Of a DNA stretch of 64,000 bases, positions 59,813 to 64,000 are shown in pieces (position 1 is the first letter of the stretch; each line of letters starts with the position of its first letter). This stretch comes from Leidyana gryllorum EB-2025a (lineage: Eukaryota > Protista > Apicomplexa): positions 248,001 through 312,000 of the forward strand of contig JBLWGC010000035.1 in the NCBI GenBank assembly GCA_048772705.1, read 5' to 3'. The notes under the pieces are model-generated. The model did not search any database. It worked only from the letters and a program-made list of their open reading frames with translations, and was not told the DNA's origin. The translations under genes were made by a program, and so were the position numbers.

Positions 59813-60307
59813 ATGCTAGCTTCAGACATCCTCAATCGCTTTCTTCGCAGAAGACACCGTGCCAAGAAACACAACAACCCATCACTGCCCTCCCCACTCC
59901 AACCCCACATGCTGCCGCTCCTGGTACAGACAACACCCGACAATGTTCAAGTGATCTCAGCCATCGTCGACACGGGAAGCACACACTCCTGCTTGCCCTC
60001 GTCGTTGCTGTCAACACTCACTGAAACTTCTCCCCACCGTGTAAAACTCAGAGCCTTTGACGATCGACTCGTTCATCTACCCACTGTCAGACTCAGATGC
60101 ACCTACCTCGATCTCCCCAACTCCCCACCATTCACTATCAACAACTTCGTTGTTAGTACTAATGATGCTATCATTGGACTGGATCTCATCCTCAAACTTA
60201 ATCTCCACATCACATCGAAGGGCGTCATTAACCCTTCCACACATAACTGCGTCTCTATTACAAAAGCGGATGATGTTGATCTACAACAACTTCTAATAAA
60301 TTCTTGA
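59813..60307 (+). CDS. Stand-alone retropepsin-like (A2-type) aspartic protease; true start may be ATG 59909
   Basis: SAIVDTGSTHS and DAIIGLDLI motifs with retropepsin spacing; intronless. Confidence 0.7.
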   Translation: MLASDILNRFLRRRHRAKKHNNPSLPSPLQPHMLPLLVQTTPDNVQVISAIVDTGSTHSCLPSSLLSTLTETSPHRVKLRAFDDRLVHLPTVRLRCTYLDLPNSPPFTINNFVVSTNDAIIGLDLILKLNLHITSKGVINPSTHNCVSITKADDVDLQQLLINS

Positions 60308-61866
60308 CAAATCAAAACGAAGGCACGAAATGAAACCTCCGACTTAGAACTAACTATAGCTCACATATCCGGACAAAAATGGGAGGACTCTCCTGAGGAT
60401 CTTTTCGTCCCCTCAATTTCTTCCTCCTTATCTTCACATTTCTTATTTCTTCCCCGCCTATTTTTGGTACACAAACCGCACCACTCGCTCGCTAGATCCC
60501 ATCCGAGCAAACTAGTTGACTTCCTGAATAGGTCCTCATCTAAACTTCTTCTCGTAATGCTAGACATTCCGCTTGGGCTCGCCTGTGCGGCAGCCAGTGG
60601 TCGTTCAGACATTGATAGGTGCTATGTCATTGTGGCAGACAATTGTGACTGTGCGAAACTCAATAGTGATTCGTCAGATTCAGTTTCGTCAGTCATTTCT
60701 AGCTATCTAAGATAGGCACACTTCGAGCAAACTCAGCCTCCTGTACTGGACAAGACAGCACGATACTGCCACACACAACACAGACATCTACCAATCTCGA
60801 AAGAGATCGATTGTCACCGATTCATGCACTGTGCTTCGACCTCTTGAAGAAGAAGTAGCACACAGCATTCACGACTCCGAATCCCTTGCGATTGTGTACA
60901 ATGTCGGACGATGCAGGAGTTGTGCGCTCCTACTTCGTACAGAGATGGCCGACACTCTCTTTGGGGACTCGAAGGGTGGCAGCTAGATTTCTTCATGCAG
61001 GAGAAGTGCGAAGATCGAAGGTAGGCCTTCAAACTCCGCCTGCAATGTGGCGGACGGTGAGATCACAAATGACCAATGAATAGACGGCAGCTTTCACCGA
61101 CATCTTTCCAAGCAGTAGTGACGCATCTCAATGATGAGGTCTGTGCTTCGCCGTATTTCAAGCAAACATGTGCCTGGAACGTCACCGCCACTCGTGTTCC
61201 GGCACAAAGTTGAACGTTGCTCTCCCTTGTCGAGATGAACTCTGTCAACTGGACAGTGATCCTGGTAGACCTCTTGCACACATCGTGAAGTGCTCGTAAA
61301 GTCAACACAGACCTGACTCCATCTGCTCGATTGAGTGCACCATGGGTTGACCGATAACACTTGTCTTTTCAATCGATCGAGAAAATATTCTTGCGGCTTT
61401 AGATTTCCTTATCTGTAGCACCAGCGACGGATTTGAAGAGCAGCGAATTGGCACGGATGGATTTGGATTTGGATGAGGGCGAGGTTTGAGGGGGTGATCT
61501 TGCAGACTGGGAGGGGTGAAGACTGCGTAGAATCTGCGATTCACACAACAGTTTCGGCCAATAAGAACGTGAAATGGAGGGGAGGTAGTCCACGGAGCAA
61601 TAATGAGGAAGAAATGTCGCTTGTTACGACACCCTCCTTGACTTGGCTTATATAACAAATCGATGTATCGGGGAAAATCAGATCAGTCGATATTTTCATC
61701 GATCTTGTCTGTCCCCGGGCATTGTAGATCGGAGCCCTCTTTGGGTCACTTAGCTGCCAAACACGACTTGGATACGAAACCACGTTCGTCTCCAAGTAAT
61801 ATCTGAGCGATCATTGATGATAGTAATCGATCCTCCTCCAATGCCACGAAACCTCCGTCACCCTCT

Positions 61867-63285
61867 CTAACTCCAGTCGAACAAGCCCCATTTGGTGTAA
61901 TACCTCTCGAGAACACGACTCTGTAAAGACAAGCAGGATTTCATTTTGATGGCGGCTTGAACAAGACTTACCCTCTCTGGTTTGTTCCTCAAGAGCTGGG
62001 CAAGACCCCGGATGCCTGGCTTCAGATCCTCGATGGTGAAACCGGTGTAAGTAACCAACCTCTCCGGCCAGAACTCGAACTTCTCGAAGCAAGCATCCGT
62101 GTTAATGACCTTAACTGCGAGCGCAAGAGCGGCAGCGGCCAGCTTTGAGTTTGGCATCCCTTTCAACGGATTGTCATGTCCTTGAGCGAAGAGCGCCATG
62201 CCGAGAAGGAAAGATCCGAGTTCTGTATACGCCTCTTTGTACATCGGCCAGTTACCCACAGCGACATATCGCTCAAGGAACTCGGGCGCACAAGGTGGGT
62301 TGGGAGGGTCGACAAGAACCTTCAACGACTGACTTTCCAGATCGTTTATCCTCTTGACCGACTTATCCGGAACCACTTCGCTCATGTACACGGCGGAACG
62401 CCACACATGTAGAGGATCAAAGCGGAAGCGCTCGGATTTCTCCCAGCATTCTTCGACCTTGATGGCATGACGGAGGGCGGTGATCACCGTGGACGCAAAG
62501 ATCTCGCTTGTGAGCTCCTTCTCGCGATTCTTGACGCGGTCAAGGATCAGACGGTTGACATTGAGCAGACAGAGGTGGATGGTCTTTTCATGTAGCGTGT
62601 GCGACACGGCGTAGTTGAAGACACTCTGAACAGCCATCTGTCTGAACTTCTCCATCGGACTGTCCACCGGATAACTCAGTGCGAACACCTCAGCATCAAG
62701 CTTCTTCTCGCTGACGAGCCATTCTTGGTACATGTTCTCAGCGTAGTTTTGAACGGCTGCCATGCGAGGATTTGCACGTCCAATGAGATGAGCGTCGAAT
62801 GAGGAAATGAAGTCATTCATGTCGATTCGATGACGCCCCGGGGTGACGATGTAGTCGCTGCCACCAGGACTTTTCCACAACTCGGCTTTCGGTACTGTTG
62901 TCGGTGGCGCACTCAAAAACGGAGTTGCTGCTGGGTTCAAGCTACCCGAGTTCAGTCTGCATAGCTCAGCTGAGGGGCATGGAGCTTGCGGGGCAGCTCC
63001 TGGGATTCTGGACTCGCGTTCAATGCCGAACTTGAGTCTTCGGCGTCGACCAGCGGTGTTGCGTTCCCCTTTGGGAGAGATGATGCTGGGTTTGGTAGTA
63101 CGCTTGTGAACCTTGACTTTGCCGGAACTTGACTGTCCAGGCGAACAGGAAGCGGTGGTGGAACGGGACCATACTCTTTGATGAGGAAGGGTGTTGTTGG
63201 TGATTGTGAGGGAGTGTTGCTTCATTCCAGGGACGGGGTTGATGAGGTAGGATGCTTCAGCTGCCTTGCGAGTGCGTCCTGCCAT
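61867..63285 (-). CDS. Divergent A/B-type cyclin (51 nt in-frame intron 61921-61971)
   Basis: NYAENMY, AIKVEE, LESQSLKVL, PEFLERY, PNSKLAAAALALA, WPERLVTYTGFTIEDL. Confidence 0.8.
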   Translation of the reverse strand: MAGRTRKAAEASYLINPVPGMKQHSLTITNNTLPHQRVWSRSTTASCSPGQSSSGKVKVHKRTTKPSIISPKGERNTAGRRRRLKFGIERESRIPGAAPQAPCPSAELCRLNSGSLNPAATPFLSAPPTTVPKAELWKSPGGSDYIVTPGRHRIDMNDFISSFDAHLIGRANPRMAAVQNYAENMYQEWLVSEKKLDAEVFALSYPVDSPMEKFRQMAVQSVFNYAVSHTLHEKTIHLCLLNVNRLILDRVKNREKELTSEIFASTVITALRHAIKVEECWEKSERFRFDPLHVWRSAVYMSEVVPDKSVKRINDLESQSLKVLVDPPNPPCAPEFLERYVAVGNWPMYKEAYTELGSFLLGMALFAQGHDNPLKGMPNSKLAAAALALAVKVINTDACFEKFEFWPERLVTYTGFTIEDLKPGIRGLAQLLRNKPERVSLVQAAIKMKSCLSLQSRVLERYYTKWGLFDWS

Positions 63286-63635
63286 CCTAAGAAGTGGTAA
63301 GATAAGAATGAATGTCTATTCGAGTAGGAAAAGTGTCTTCCAGGGGGACATAAGTGTGCGACGCGTCTCTGCACACACGCAATTTAAACACAGCCGGCCT
63401 TGGGGTTTACGTTCGGCCGGACCGAAAAGGATTGGATATAATTTATCGGTCTCAGTCCCTCAACGATCTATTTGAAATGTATCTTAAGTGCCAAGATCCC
63501 AGGTGCAAGTCGGCCTTCAAAAAGGAAGTAATGAGCCTAGTTACATCGGGCGCTTGCTTGACGAGTTATCGGGAGCTGGTATTTGAGACATCAGGATGAG
63601 TGGAGGGCTGGGGCTGAATGCTGAGTGCTGAGTGC

Positions 63636-64000
63636 TCAATATGTGCGAGGTCCTAAACGGTTTGCTAAAAAATCAAGGGTTGCTAGTGGGGAGCTGGGCG
63701 ACGAATCGACTTTTCGCCATGCTGGATTTGGCTGGAATGGGTGTGTACGACCTGAATCAAACACTGGTGACTCACTTGGGCGAAGAAGTCTGTTCCAGTC
63801 GGCCGGACTGCCGACGGCGTTTTCATTGGGGTTATTATTGACTGGTGGGGAAGTACCTCGATATCTCGGGGGTGCTTTGATGGGAGTAGGCGTTCGCTGA
63901 TGGCTCAAAGATCGATCGTGGGCACCTGTAGTGGTCAAGAGTGGTTTCAGAAAGGCTCTAGCTCGGCTAAGGCGCTGTTGCCACGGAGGTTGATGGGGTG
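63636..64000 (-). CDS. Possible 3' end of a low-complexity gene entering from the right edge
   Basis: Frame open from the window end to the stop at 63636; Pro/Ser-rich; no homology recognised. Confidence 0.3.
   Translation of the reverse strand, partial: PHQPPWQQRLSRARAFLKPLLTTTGAHDRSLSHQRTPTPIKAPPRYRGTSPPVNNNPNENAVGSPADWNRLLRPSESPVFDSGRTHPFQPNPAWRKVDSSPSSPLATLDFLANRLGPRTY

Overview
Compact, gene-dense eukaryotic DNA with short GT-AG introns (mostly 40-60 nt) and intergenic gaps often under 100 bp. EF1-beta with an acidic C-terminal insertion, SUB1-like subtilisins, a dually acylated CAMK-group kinase and TGCATG / G-box motifs point to an alveolate, probably apicomplexan or gregarine-like (inference). 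Left to right: the 5' part of a Ty3/Gypsy LTR retrotransposon (single gag-pol ORF) inserted into a tandem array of F-box-like genes; a degenerate Hsp70-like gene; housekeeping genes (MDP-1, EF1-beta, MIF4G protein, PDI-like, kinase, TLDc, beta-COP, Trx-fold ER protein); a 17 kb array of seven subtilisin paralogs (one disrupted); Mak21/CEBPZ, Scc2/NIPBL with a PHD finger, an apparently inactive PI-PLC, NOP56, PRKRIP1, CenH3 and a divergent cyclin. Best leads: (1) a stand-alone Gag-capsid-like gene and a stand-alone retropepsin gene, each head-to-head with a core housekeeping gene and without LTR or pol context (candidate domesticated capsid/protease); (2) the subtilisin array, whose protease appears inserted into a split Ig-like domain and whose members share a G-run + TGCATG element just upstream of the ATG. 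All assignments are from manual motif recognition; no searches were run, and exon boundaries are hand-derived.
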